Below are positions 13,430 through 25,204 of a stretch of DNA of 64,000 bases, piece after piece. The stretch's first letter is position 1, and every line of letters starts with the position of its first letter. The notes beneath the pieces were generated by a model, which saw nothing but the letters and a program-made list of their open reading frames with translations, ran no database searches and had not been told where the DNA came from. Location of the stretch: positions 15,158,974-15,222,973 of the forward strand of contig NC_057719.1 of the NCBI RefSeq assembly GCF_004010195.1. Direction: 5' to 3'. The DNA comes from Chiloscyllium plagiosum (taxonomy: Eukaryota). The position numbers and the translations under genes are program-made.

Positions 13430-13780
13430 AGGCAATAGCCTAGTGGTCCTATCACTGTACTGTTAATCCAGAGACCTAGATAACGTCCTGGGGACCTGTT
13501 TTCGAATCCTGCTACAGCAAATGGTTGAATTTGAATGCAATAAATATCTGGAATTAAGAATCTAGTGATGACCATGAATCCATTATTGATTGTCAGGAAA
13601 ACCCATCTGGTTCACTAATGTCCTTGAGGGAAGGAATCAGCCATCCTTACCTGGTCTGGCCTACATGTGACTCCAGACCCACAGCAATGTGGTTGACTCT
13701 TAACTGCTCTCTGGGCAATTAGGGATGAGCAATAAATGCTGCCCAGCCAGTGACGCCCTCGTCCTGTGAATGAATAAAGA
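13430..13780 (+). mobile_element. tRNA-derived SINE 'family Z' with CR1-Zenon-like tail, full length
   Basis: tRNA-like head (TTCGAATCC), core AAAACCCATCTGGTTCACTAATGTCC...GTGACTCCAGACCCACAGCAATGTGGTTGACTC, tail GGGATGAGCAATAAATGC...GAATGAAT. Confidence 0.85.
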
Positions 13781-15534
13781 ACTCACTCTATCTCTGCCAC
13801 TGTAAGCCTCACGGTCTCCCACTCTTGCTGTCACATACAACATCATCCCTCAGTCACTATCACACACACACAAGCCCTAACACAACTAATACTGCAGCAT
13901 TATGGCAGTACAATTTGAGGTGCAGCACTGAAGTGCAGAAGGGTCCCATAAGTAAATTGGAGATGTGCCTGGAGGGTTCTTAAAGGCTGGCATGATCTGG
14001 ATGCCAAAGTCCTTAGACATGGGGTGTGCCTGTGGAAATACCCCAAGTTATTTGTAACCTCTCCAGTGTCCAACATTGAAGTCCTTCAGGGCAAGCAGTG
14101 AGCTGAATCCGCAAGTACTTGCTCTGATTTCCAAGTTGGCATTTCTCCACATCTAACCTTTTCGGCACCTTCGGTAAGATAAGAAAGAGAATATTAAAGA
14201 GACAATTTGGGCTGTTAACAAGGAATTTAACAAGCTATAGTCCCCTTTTAGTGGCAACTTGCTGCTGCCTATTGAGCAGTTCACATCATCAATTGTCAAA
14301 AGCATAAAGGATGGCTCAAATTGCTGACAAAGATGATATAGGCTTTGCTGACACCTCATCCAATTCTGCCAAACATTTCACTATCTCAGACCACGATAAG
14401 ATTCTTTATGGAACTTTATGGAATTAGAAAGATTTAAACCATGAAGAAGCCCCCGCTAATTCTAGCTCCAATGATATACATCACTTCATTTATCTAAATA
14501 TAGTAGTCAAACACAACACAAATGTCTAAATATGGTCATATTCAACCACAACAAAAAAATGTAACAAAGAGGATATGAATAAAAGCAACAAGGACACTTA
14601 CAAAGGGTTTAAGTTACAAAGCCATAGTCACAGAATGTTTTTGCATTGAAGAAATTATACAATTTGAAATCCTTGGTCTTCTTGTGCTGTTATGGACTGT
14701 TCACAGTCTGCTCAGTTAAAGAAACAGATGAACAGTCCATCTTCCGTAATTACACCGGCACCACTCCCCACCTCTTCCTCCGCTACGTTGATGACTGCAT
14801 TGGCACCACCTCATGCTCCCGCGAGGAGGTTGAGCAATTCATCAACTCCACCAACACATTCCACCCTGACCTTAAATTTACCTGGACCATCTCTGACACC
14901 TCCCTCCCCTTCCTGGACCTCTCCATCTCCATCAGTGACGACCGACTTGACACTGACATTTTCTACAAACCCACCGACTCCCACAGCTACCTGGATTACA
15001 CCTCTTCCCACCCTACCTCTTGCAAAAATGCCATCCCGTATTCCCAATCCCTCCGCCTCCGCCGTATCTGCTCCCAGGAGCGGTTCCACCATAGAACACA
15101 CCAGATGGCCACCTTCTTTAGAGACCGCAATTTCCCCTCCCACGTGGTTAAAGATGCCCTCCAACGCATCTCATCCACATCCCGCACCTCCGCCCTCAGA
15201 CCCCACCCCTCCAACCGTATCAAGGACAGAACCCCCCTGGTGCTCACCTTCCACCCTACCAACCTTTGCACAAACCAAATCATCCGCCGACATTTCTGCC
15301 ACCTCCAAACGGACCCCACCATCAGGGATATATTTCCCTCCCCTCCCCTTTCCACCTTCCGCAAAATCCATTCCCTCAGTGACTACCTGATCAGGTCCAC
15401 GCCCCCCAACAACCCACCCTCCCATCCTGGCACCTTCCCCTGCCACTGCAGGAATTGTAAAACCTGTGCTCACAGCTCCTCCCTCACCTCCATCCAAGGC
15501 CCTAAAGGAGCCTTCCACATCCATCAAAGTTGAC

Positions 15535-15860
15535 GGGCGGCACGGTGGCACAGTGGTTAGCACTGCTGCCTCACAGCGCCAGAGACCTGGGTTCAATTCC
15601 CGCCTCAGGCGACTCTCTGTGTGGAGTTTGCACATTCTCCCCGTGTCTGCGTGGGTTTCCTCCGGGTGCTCCGGTTTCCTCCCACAATCCAAAAATGTGC
15701 AGGTTAGGTGAATTGACCATGCTAAATTGTCCGTAGTGTTAGGTGAAGAGGTAAATGTAGGAGTATGGGTCTGGGTGCTATACGCTTCGGCGGGTCGGTG
15801 TGGACTTGTTGGGCCGAAGGGCCTGTTTCCACACTGTAAGTAATCCAATCTAATCTAATC
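15535..15860 (+). mobile_element. HE1-type V-SINE, full length, inserted in the PLE ORF
   Basis: GGGCGGCACGGTGGCACAG...(TAATC)n. Confidence 0.93.
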
Positions 15861-16380
15861 CACCAATATCATTTATTGCATCCGTTGCTCCCGATGCGGT
15901 CTCCTCTACATTGGGGAGACTGGACGCCTCCAAGCAGAGCGTTTTAGGGAACATCTCTGGGACACCAGACCAATTAACCCCACTATCCTGTGGCCCAACA
16001 TTTCAACTCCCCCTTCCACTCTGCCGTGGACATGGAGGTCCTGGGCCTCCTTCACCGCCACTTCCGCACCACCCGACGCCAGGAGGAAGAACGCCTCATC
16101 TTCCGCCTCGGAACACTTCAACCCCAGGTCATCAATGTGGACTTCACCAGTTTCCTCATTTCCCCTCCCCGACCTCACCCCAGTTCCAAACGTCCAGCTC
16201 AGCACTGTCCCCATGACCTGTCCTACCTGTCTGTCTTCCTTTCCACCTATCCTGTCCATCCTCCTCTCTGACCTATCAACTCCATCCCCACCCCCATTCA
16301 CCTATTGTACTCTATGCTACTTTCTCCCCACCCCCACCGTCCTCTCATTTATCTCTCCACCCTTCAGGCACTCTGCCTGT

Positions 16381-16416
16381 ATTCCTGATGAAGGGCTTTT
16401 GCCCGAAACGTCGATT
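16381..16416 (+). ncRNA. Minimal hammerhead ribozyme motif in the PLE 3' terminus
   Basis: CUGAUGA-A-GGGC UUUU GCCC-GAAA-CGUC; predicted cleavage after C16412. Confidence 0.78.
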
Positions 16417-16894
16417 TCCCTGCTCCTCGGATGCTGTCTGAACTGCTGTGCTTTTCCAGCACCATTCTAATCCAGAATCTGGTTTCCAGCATCTGCAGTC
16501 ATTGTTTTTAACTCAGTTAAGGAAAACCTTCTATTGGATTAAGCAGCATGATACTATGCCTTCAACTTGCCATGTGGGCTGCAGGGGAGAGCACTTCCTG
16601 GTGATATTTTCTGTGTTTTATTAGCATATCACACAATCAGACTTAACAATTAGGACAACATTCAAAACATTCAATGTTGAAGGCTTGAAACAATACTGAA
16701 ATACAACCAAAGGAGAGAGATGGGAAAAGAAAGAGTTATAAATTTATAATCGATTTATAAATGACACTCCTAGAATAGGCAGAGAATTTTGTCCATTAAT
16801 TCCTTCATCCTTTAATGCTACAGTTGTTAACAAACATGTATCTATCTCAGATTTAAAGTTAAGCAAAGATATTAAGCAAAGATATTAAGGGATA

Positions 16895-17940
16895 TGCAGG
16901 TCATGCCTCACAAACCTTATTGAATTATTTGAGAAGGTGACTAAGGAGGTGGACGAGGGTAAAGCGGTAGATGTGGTGTATATGGATTTTAATAAGGCGT
17001 TTGACAAGGCTCCCCATGGTAGGCTACTGAAAAAAATACGGAGTGGACAGCAAAGAGGGTTACCTCAGATTACAACAGGTTCTGGACCAGATGGGCCAAT
17101 GGGCTGAGAAGTGGCAGATGGAGTTTAATTCAGATAAATGCGAGGTGCTGCATTTCGGGAAAGCAAATCTTAGCAGGACTTATACACTTAATGGTAAGGT
17201 CCTAGGGAGTGTTGCTGAACAAAGATCCTTGGAGTGCAGGTTCATAATCTCCTTGAAAGTGGAGTCGCAGGTAGATAGGATAGTGAAGAAGGCATTTGGT
17301 ACGTTTTCCTTTATTGGTCAGAGTATTGAGTACAGAAGTTGGGAGGTCATGTTGTGGCTGTACAGGTCATTGGTTAGGCCACTGTTGAAATATTGCATAC
17401 AATTCTTGTCTCCTTCCTAGCGGAAAGATGTTGTGAAACTTGAAAGGGTTCAGAAAAGATTTACAAGGACGTTGCCAGGGTTGGAGGATCTGAGCTACAG
17501 GGAGAGGCTGAACAGGCAGGGGCTGTTTTTCCTGGAGCGTCGGAGGCTGAGGGGTGACCTTATAGAGGTTTACAAAGTTATGAGGGGCATGGATAGGATA
17601 AATAGACAAAGTCTTTTCCCTAGGGTCGGGAAGTCCAGAACTAGAGGGCATAGGTTTAGGGTGAGAGGGGAAAGATATAAAAGAGACCTCAGTGGCAGCT
17701 TTTTCACATAGAGTGTGGTACGTGTATGGAATGAGCTGCCAGAGGATGTAGTGGAGGCTGGTACAATTGCAACATTTAAGAGGCATTTGGATGGGTATAT
17801 GAATAGGAAGGGTTTGGAGAGATATGGGCCGGGTGCTGGCAGGTGGGACGAGATTGGGTTGGGATATCTGGTCGGCGCGGACGGGTTGGACCGAAGGGTC
17901 TGTTTTCATGCTGTACATCTCTATGACTCTGTGACTCTAT
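16895..17940 (+). mobile_element. CR1 LINE with a 5' segment from a different subfamily
   Basis: RSCLTNLIE...VDVVYMDFNKAFDK joined at ~17042 to VDSKEGYLRLQQ...WQMEFNSDKCEVLHFG...RTRGH; GACTCT(G/A)T tail. Confidence 0.92.
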
Positions 17941-17944
17941 AACC

Positions 17945-18330
17945 CTGCAAAGGTTTTGCTGCTAATGTGTTGGGGCTAGTGTCCAAACTGGGAGACCTAC
18001 CTTACACACAAGTCAAGCTACAGCCTCTTATAGTGCTACTCTCAGAATCATACCTGACAGACAATGTCCCAAGCACCACCATCATTCCTGGGTTCACTCT
18101 GAGCCACTGGCAGGACACAATGAGGCGAGGAGATGGCAGAATGGTGAGCAGCTAAATACCCACTCTTCTTTTCTGTAGACTTCTGAGGCCACAGACTTGG
18201 AAGACTATTGGTATATACTCAGGGGGATGTTTCCCCAGGAGTGCTCAACATTCAACCAGTGATGCTGGTTAACCAGAAAGAAACCCTGCAGTATGTGATG
18301 GAGCAGCCACTGAGGAAAGCTTCAATGGCA
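17945..18330 (+). mobile_element. CR1-Zenon-like APE endonuclease N-terminal fragment
   Basis: ANVLGLVSKLGDL...LQPLIVLLSESYLTDNVP...IPGFTLSHWQD..RRGDG...VYTQGDVSPGVLNI. Confidence 0.7.
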
Positions 18331-19009
18331 TTAACATTTTCTCCCACTCCTGTTAGAATTTGGCTTTTGGTTAGTGAAGTTACTCAAATTGCCAAGTCAC
18401 TCAGCATTTCCAATGAAAACTCCAGCACTTTAACTTTTTGGAACATCCCATGAGAGCTCTTCCATTTCATAACCTTAGCTGGTGGAAATGCCACATTTTA
18501 ATTTCTTCAACATTGTAAAAGTAGCTCGCAAGTTTGTGTGTGGAATTTATTCAAGAATTTCCCTCAAACTCAAATCAGTCACATGTAGTTCATAATAGCT
18601 GCAGTTTGTATAAATTGAACCCTCTTCCCCATTTACTAAAAAGTTCATTCCCTGTGCAGCCATGGGCTGCCAAACAAACTAATGAATTGTATAAAGATTA
18701 AAGGAAGGCCAGGCTAGAAGTTCCCAATTTACAGCTTTATTATTGGCTGGTACAGTTGCAGCACCTATTAATTTCCTACAGTCAGACTTTGAAATGTGAA
18801 TGGTTAGCAATGGAACCTTTTGACATTGCATCCTCACGGATTGCCAAACCTCCACATGTGAACAACCATCTGGTTTTTCTAACAGGTCGTAAGAATTTTA
18901 TTATTACTGGTGCACTGAGATGATTTTTTTGGGCCCATGAAACTAAAGACTATAAAGAGCTGCTAGCACGATGGGAGACCTCCACTCTGGCACATTTTAA
19001 AACTAGCTC

Positions 19010-19300
19010 ATGGGAAAGTGGACATCCCTGACACGGCCAGCATTTATTGCCCTAAATGACATTTGAGAGTCAACCACATTGCTGGGGTAGGGAATCACAT
19101 ATCGGCCATGCCAGGTAAGGAAGGCAATTTTTCTTCTCTGAAGGACCATAGTGAGCCAAATTTTTATGACTCTCAACAATAATGACACGACTTTATTCCA
19201 GATTTTTGCTGAATTCAAATTTCACCACCTGCCATGCTGGGATTTGAACCGATGTGTCCAGAACATCAGCTCAGCGTTCTGCATTACTAGTGTAGTGACA
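19010..19300 (-). mobile_element. SINE family Z, diverged
   Basis: Reverse-complement match to 13430-13780. Confidence 0.75.
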
Positions 19301-19566
19301 TGAGGGTTTACCCAGCCTGCACTTGGCCAGCTTGCCACCTAGTTATTTAACAGCTGTGAGCTGGCATCTCACCTGGGCCACATCATCCGGACGTAGTGAG
19401 GAGAATGGGGAGACCTGAATATTAACAACATTTAAAAGCCATTTGGACTAACACAAGGATAGGAAAGGTTAGGAGGGTATGGGCCAAGTGCAGGGAAATG
19501 GGTTAACATGGACAGACATTTTGGTCAGCATGGACCAGTTTACGGCAAGGGGCTGTGAACATAACA

Positions 19567-19922
19567 TCGTAGAATCCCTACAGGGTGGAAGCAAGCCATT
19601 TGGCCCAATGAGTCCACACTGACCTTCCAAAGAGCAACCCATCCAGACCCATCCCTCTACCTTATCTCTGTAACCCCACATTTCCAAAGGCTGTTCCACT
19701 TAGCCTGTACGTCCCTGAACACCATGGACAATTTAACTTGGCCAATTCACCCAACCTGCATATCTTTGGACTGTGGGAGGAAACTGGAGCACCCAAAAGA
19801 ATCCCAAGCATACACAGAGAGAACATGCAAACTCCACACAGGCAGTTGCCTGAGGCTGTAATCAAACCAGGTCCCTGGCCTTATGAGGCAGCAGTGCTAA
19901 CCACTGAGCCACCATGCCACCC
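19567..19922 (-). mobile_element. HE1-type V-SINE, diverged
   Basis: V-domain and tRNA head on the minus strand. Confidence 0.85.
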
Positions 19923-20665
19923 CAATCAGGCTCAGAAGAGAGGAGAGATCCAGAGGGGGAGAATCATCTGCGGGGAGCTCTCAGTTGCACACAGGGGCCT
20001 GAGAAAGGGGCATCACTCCACCATCAAGCCAAAATCCTGCCTGGTTTCATTCAGCAGGCGAGACACTTGGCATTGGTTTGCCTGCTGTGGGTATCGCTGC
20101 AGCGAGAGTGGGCATGTACAGGATGGTGGGATGATACATCTCCACTGCAATAGGACTATTTTTACACTCTAGGAGGGAGAGTTGTTGGGCAGGAGGGTGC
20201 TTGATAGTGGTTGGATATAGTACTTTAGTCTCGAGATCAGAAAGAACTATAAGAAACTAATGGTAAGCTATTAAGTGAATAAAATGTGACACTAGGAGCT
20301 CGGCTAATAAGCTTAAAATGCAAGTATCCAGAACTTTAGAATGACAAGGCAGCAAATGTTAAAGCCTGATCCTTAAAGAAGTTGGGAATAATCACATCAG
20401 GACATCATGTTTGAGCAAAGTAGCTTCAGAATAGATAATCATAACTGTTTGCACAAATTCAAATTCTTCAATTCATTATGGAAATTGAGCCATTGGTTGG
20501 TCTTATAACATGTACTGTTGCCAAAGGCAAAGTGAGACGGAGGAAGGAGAATAGTTTTAAAAGGTTTTTTTTGGAGGACTTGAGAGAAAGAATTTGAAGA
20601 TGAAAGCCAGCTTCCCTTCTCTGGTTAAGCTGATAATTCAGTTCTTAATTAGATGGAACAAAGAC

Positions 20666-20770
20666 ATGACTGATGAAGGGTCACTGGATTGGAAATATTA
20701 ATTCTGTTTTTCTCTCAACAGATGCTGTCAGATCTTTCTCCTGCATGCTCTTGGTTTTGAATCAGATTTT
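20666..20770 (+). mobile_element. PLE-type terminal fragment with degenerate hammerhead (family B)
   Basis: CTGATGAAGGGTCACTGGATTGGAAATATTAATTCTG...ACAGATGCTG; homologous to 25225-25345 (-). Confidence 0.55.
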
Positions 20771-20789
20771 GAGTTGTGTTTATTACACA

Positions 20790-21022
20790 GAAACATTGAA
20801 AATGGGAGCAGGATTAGGCCGTTCGGCCCTTCAAGCCTGCACTACCATTCAGTAAGCTCATGGCTGATGGTGAAATCTCAGTATCCCATTCCCGCTTTCT
20901 CTCCATACCACCAGAGCCCTTTAGCAGTAAGGGCCACATCCAGCTCCCTCTAGAATACATCTAATGAGCTGGCCCCAATGGCTTCCTGTGGGATAGAATT
21001 TCACAGGTTCACAACTCTCTGA
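20790..21022 (-). mobile_element. CR1 3' fragment
   Basis: GGAGCAGGATTAGGCCGTTCGGCCCTT 3'UTR motif; RVVNL*NS-like translation. Confidence 0.75.
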
Positions 21023-22847
21023 ATTAGATGGATTAATAGACTGAAGCTAAATCATTTTAATTTAAAGAGTGCAATTAAAAATGACAACATCTCTTTTAAA
21101 TTCTCTAGCAATAAACTATAATATTAAACATTATGACAATTTACTGGTTCCAATGTTGTAATGCTTTCAGCAAGGCATTAATTCAATAAATTTTACAGCA
21201 GGTGGCATGTTTTCTGGCATATACTTTATTTTTGATGACAGTAAATTAATTGTTTAGCATCCAGGAGCAACACGTCCAACATTCCTGAACTTCAGCTGTG
21301 GGTAGGAAGGAGCTTTTTTCACTTAACTCCACCCCTTTTTACATAGGCATCTATTTTCCTGACTACATCAGACTATGTTTGTGGGATTTAATGGCCTTTC
21401 CTTGCTTGCAAAACAACCTAATTTTCCTGAATCTCTTAATATCCCTTCTGTGCATTTTCCAATATAAAAGCCCATACCCTTAATGCAATGCAAAAACAAC
21501 GGCTTTTTTCTGTTTGGGCAGACCAATGACATTTAAGGGAATCAGCACATAGCAAGCAGCTGACTTCTTTCAAGAGACTCCCTCGTCTGCTCAAAGATGT
21601 GCAGCAGGACTCCAGGGATAAATCCATCCCATTCCTCAGCAAAATTGTTTGGCCTCCACTGATACAGAATGTTTTCAATGTGAGGGAACTCTTATCGGCC
21701 CGTTATCATTGTTGTATCATCAGTTACCATTGTTGCAAAATCATGCTCCCACACAGATAGAAATGTTTCATATTTGTCCCTAAACAAAATATGCCTATGA
21801 GCAAGGCTTGTAAAGAGAACATTTTTAACATTTGACTGAATGCAGGCACTGCAGTAGTTTGAATTCATAAAGAGAAGAATGCAATAAAGTTTGATTTGAA
21901 ATAAAATGCTGGACATGGAATTCCAGTAAATTAACAGTGAAAAGAGAAAAACAGATACATTTAGCATTGTTTCTGCTGACAATTTGCAAAAATTGCCATT
22001 TGAAAAAAAAATCAGTTTGTATTGTGTTATTTTGCAAAACACTTTGAACAATTGGGTGTGAAAATGAATGGAATTCACCAAAATTAATGTGATAATTCAT
22101 TCTGGGTTCACTGATTCGACTGGTGTAAACGTACTCACAAAAAGTGGCCTTCTCAAGGTTTCTACCAAGGTTGGTAATCACATGTCCATGGAGCCAGCTT
22201 TGGCTCCAAAAGAAATTATTGTTGGCTGACTTACTGCCAAGATCCAAAGAGAAGACATTTGGAATCAGCCCAAGGGCAGAAAAAAAAACCTTAGCTCCCG
22301 AGCCAAGATCCTCTTTGTTTCAAAATCAAACCACACAAGTTGCTCAAGGACCACTCCCTGGATACCGCTCCTCATCAACAGGTGTCAAACATGAAGTGAC
22401 ACAACCACTGAGACTGGTAGTACAGAACTAGAAACCAATACACATCAGTCAATTAGACATGCTTTATGTTCCAAATCCAGCTTGCTTTTATGCAAGAAGA
22501 ACAGCTGAGACTATAACACTGTGGATAATTTAATTGAAAGCATTAAATGTCACTGACTTCAAAAGAATCACATAGTTGATTGCTGAGCCAGTGCTGGTAG
22601 TTCTACAATCTGAAACAATGTTCTCTTAGGGTTCTGTGCTTTCTAGAAGACTTAACTACACCTAAAAAAAATTATTTTTTAAAAACTTTTTTTATTTGGT
22701 TTACTAAATACTAAAACAAATGACAGGGTCTTACATCTTATTCTGCTTTATAATATAAAAACATTTCCTTAAAAAAAAATTCCCTTCCCATAATTATTCT
22801 TTAGAAATGTCTACAGTTGAGAAAAGAATTGAGACTGAGAGTCATAT

Positions 22848-23132
22848 CAGCACTGTCCCCATGACTTGTCCGGACTTGTCCTACCTGCCTATCTCCTTTT
22901 CCACCTATCCACTCCACCCTCTCCTCCCTGACCTATCACCTTCATCCCCTCCCCCACTCACCTATTGTACTCTATGCTACTTTCTCCCATCCCCATCCTC
23001 CTCTAGCTTATCTCTCCACGCTTCAGGCTCACTGCCTTTATTCCTGATGAAGGGCTTTTGCCTGAAACGTCAATTTCAAAGCTCCTTGGATGCTGCCTGA
23101 ACTGCTGTGCTCTTCCAGCACCACTAATCCAA
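22848..23132 (+). mobile_element. PLE 3' fragment with hammerhead (core 23044-23071)
   Basis: Homologous to 16200-16475; CUGAUGA-A-GGGC UUUU GCCU-GAAA-CGUC. Confidence 0.85.
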
Positions 23133-23139
23133 CACTGAA

Positions 23140-24670
23140 TTAGCCCTTAGGTCCAACTCGTCTATGTTGCCCAGATATCTTAAATTAATCTAGTCCCATT
23201 TGCCAACACTTGGCCCATTTCCCTCTAAACCATTCCTATTTATGTACCCATCTAGATACCTTTTAAATGTTGTAATTGTACCAGCTTCCACCACTTCCTC
23301 CAGCAGCTCATTGCAGTAGAATCGTCCCCAGTGGATTCTTATTTTATTCATTCACAGGATGTGGGCATCGCTGGCTAGGCTAGCATTTATTGCCCAAATT
23401 GAATTACCCAGACAGCAGCAGTTAAGAATCAATGACATTGCTGTGGATCTGGAGTCACATGTAAGCCAGACCAAGTAAGGACATCAGTTTGCTTCCCTAA
23501 AGGGCATTAGTGAACCAGATAGATTTTTTTCTGACAGTTTAATGATTCCAGATTCTTACTGAATTCAAATTTCACCATCTGCTATGACGGGATTCGAATT
23601 CTGATCTCCAGAACATTACCTGGATCTCTGAATTAACTGTCTAGTCATTATACCACTAAACCATCGCTGCTGCCCATTTAGCTGGCAGGAGCTCTTAATT
23701 GGATGACAGGCCAAAAACCTAACATTGGGTCAAAGTTTTGTAATTTAAGTTCTCAGAGCCCTTCAGGCACGTCAGTTTTGGGAACCTCCTATGTGAACAT
23801 ATGAACAAAGGTATTAGGAGCAGGAGTAGGCCTTTTGGTCCCACTTTGAGCTGCTCTGCCATTTTATAAGGTCATGACTGATCTGATTGCAGCATCTAAT
23901 CCATGGTTCTGCCTACCCTTGATAACCCTTCTCTCCTTGCTTAACAAGAATATATTTACCTCTACCATAAAAATATTTAAGGACTTTGCTTCCAACAACT
24001 TTCAAGAAGACAATTCCAAAGGCTCATCTCCTCCCAAGAGAAAATAATTTGCCTCACCTCTGTTTTAAATGGCTGACCCTTGATTTTTAACTAATGACTC
24101 TGAGTTCTAGATATATTCTAATTATTAGTATGTCATGAATACTTACGAACAGTGCATCCGAATTGAAATTACAATCACATAGCAATGTTATGTACGAGTT
24201 GTGTACCTGATGGAGTAAACTTCGCCCTTTAATCTCTGGTGAGTACAAATGTCTTCAACAACTTGGCTTCTTCAAGTAATTTATTTGCACAATTGCTCAC
24301 ATTGTAAGGGTAATGTCTGTTCAAGTCAACCAGTTCAAGTGAAGTCAGTTGTATATGGTCTTGCTTGTAGTTAGAGACTCAGAGCTGTACAGCATGGAAA
24401 CAAACCCTCAGTCCAACTCAGCTATGGTGACCAGATATCCCTGTCTGACCTAATCCCATTTGCCAGCATTTGGCCTATATTCTTCTAAACTCTTCCTACT
24501 CATATACACATCCAGATGTCTTTTAAATGTTATAAATGTACCAGCCTTAACAACTTCCTCTGGCAGCTCATTCCATACCTGTCTGCATGGAAAAAGTTGC
24601 CCCTTAGGTCTCTGTTAAATCTTAACCTCTCACCATAAACCTATACCCTCTGGTTTTGGGCTCTCCCACT
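23140..24670 (-). mobile_element. Cluster of CR1 3' fragments (~23140-23310, ~23790-24112, ~24370-24670) and SINE family Z (~23340-23668)
   Basis: Reverse-complement matches to the CR1 tails and family Z described above. Confidence 0.75.
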
Positions 24671-24829
24671 TAAACGCTTACAGTGTAAGGGGTGAAGCTA
24701 CTTCATATCAACCAGCTTGAGAAGTCACAGTCTTATTTGGTCTTCCTTGTAGTCCATCACATGTAAACTGAGTAATGGGGAATGATATTGACACTAGCAC
24801 CAGTGACAATCTTGGCATATCAGGATGCA

Positions 24830-25095
24830 TTGAATCCCCATCGAGTCCACATCAACCTTCCAAACAGTATTCCACCCAGACCCAGCCCCCTACCTTACTA
24901 CTGTAACCCTGCATTTCCCATGGCTAATTCACCAACCCACACATCCATGGACTCTATGGACAATTTAGCATGGCCAGTCCACTCACCTATACATCTTTGG
25001 ACTGTGGGGGGAAACCGGAGCACCTGGAGGAAACCCACACAGACATGGGGAAAATGTGCAATCTTCACGCAGACCACTGAGCCACCGTGCCACCC
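24830..25095 (-). mobile_element. HE1-type V-SINE, diverged and internally deleted
   Basis: V-domain present. Confidence 0.8.
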
Positions 25096-25204
25096 TATAG
25101 TGCAGATTGTCCATTTGTTTTGGTTTGAATCACTTGGATGGATTAGCAGTCTTCAGTTCTGGTTGTGTCCGTGTATTGTGTCAAATTGGCCAAATGTGAT
25201 AAAA

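Larger units (their letters stand above)
11369..14404 (+). mobile_element. Decayed PIF/Harbinger-like DNA element with Myb/SANT-like remnant and nested insertions
   Basis: Left end GGGCTGAATCTTA, partial inverted match TAAGATTC at 14397-14404. Frameshifted translation at ~12040-12220: SHLEVLLGGVKQMQDFLFP...QVSEVSAIWRNAPCLAKKNKVL. Confidence 0.45.
14725..16511 (+). mobile_element. Penelope-like element, 5'-truncated: RT (YVDD), linker, GIY-YIG, 3' terminus; interrupted by HE1
   Basis: FLRYVDDCIG, LPFLDL, FYKPTDSHSYLDYTSSHP, CRNCKTC; after the SINE IIYCIRCSRCGLLYIGETGR...ERFREH. TSD-like CTCAGTTAA(A/G)GAAA at 14711-14724 and 16512-16525. Confidence 0.93.

Noticed and set aside
14646..15533. 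295-aa ORF, the longest in the window
   Set aside because: 5'-truncated Penelope RT fused to flanking DNA and ended at a SINE insertion; not a host gene.
15535..15610. tRNA-like sequences with A and B boxes
   Set aside because: SINE heads continuous with SINE bodies, not tRNA genes.
22189..22208. Hairpin as a histone 3' stem-loop
   Set aside because: Does not fit the 6-bp stem / 4-nt loop consensus and there is no histone ORF.
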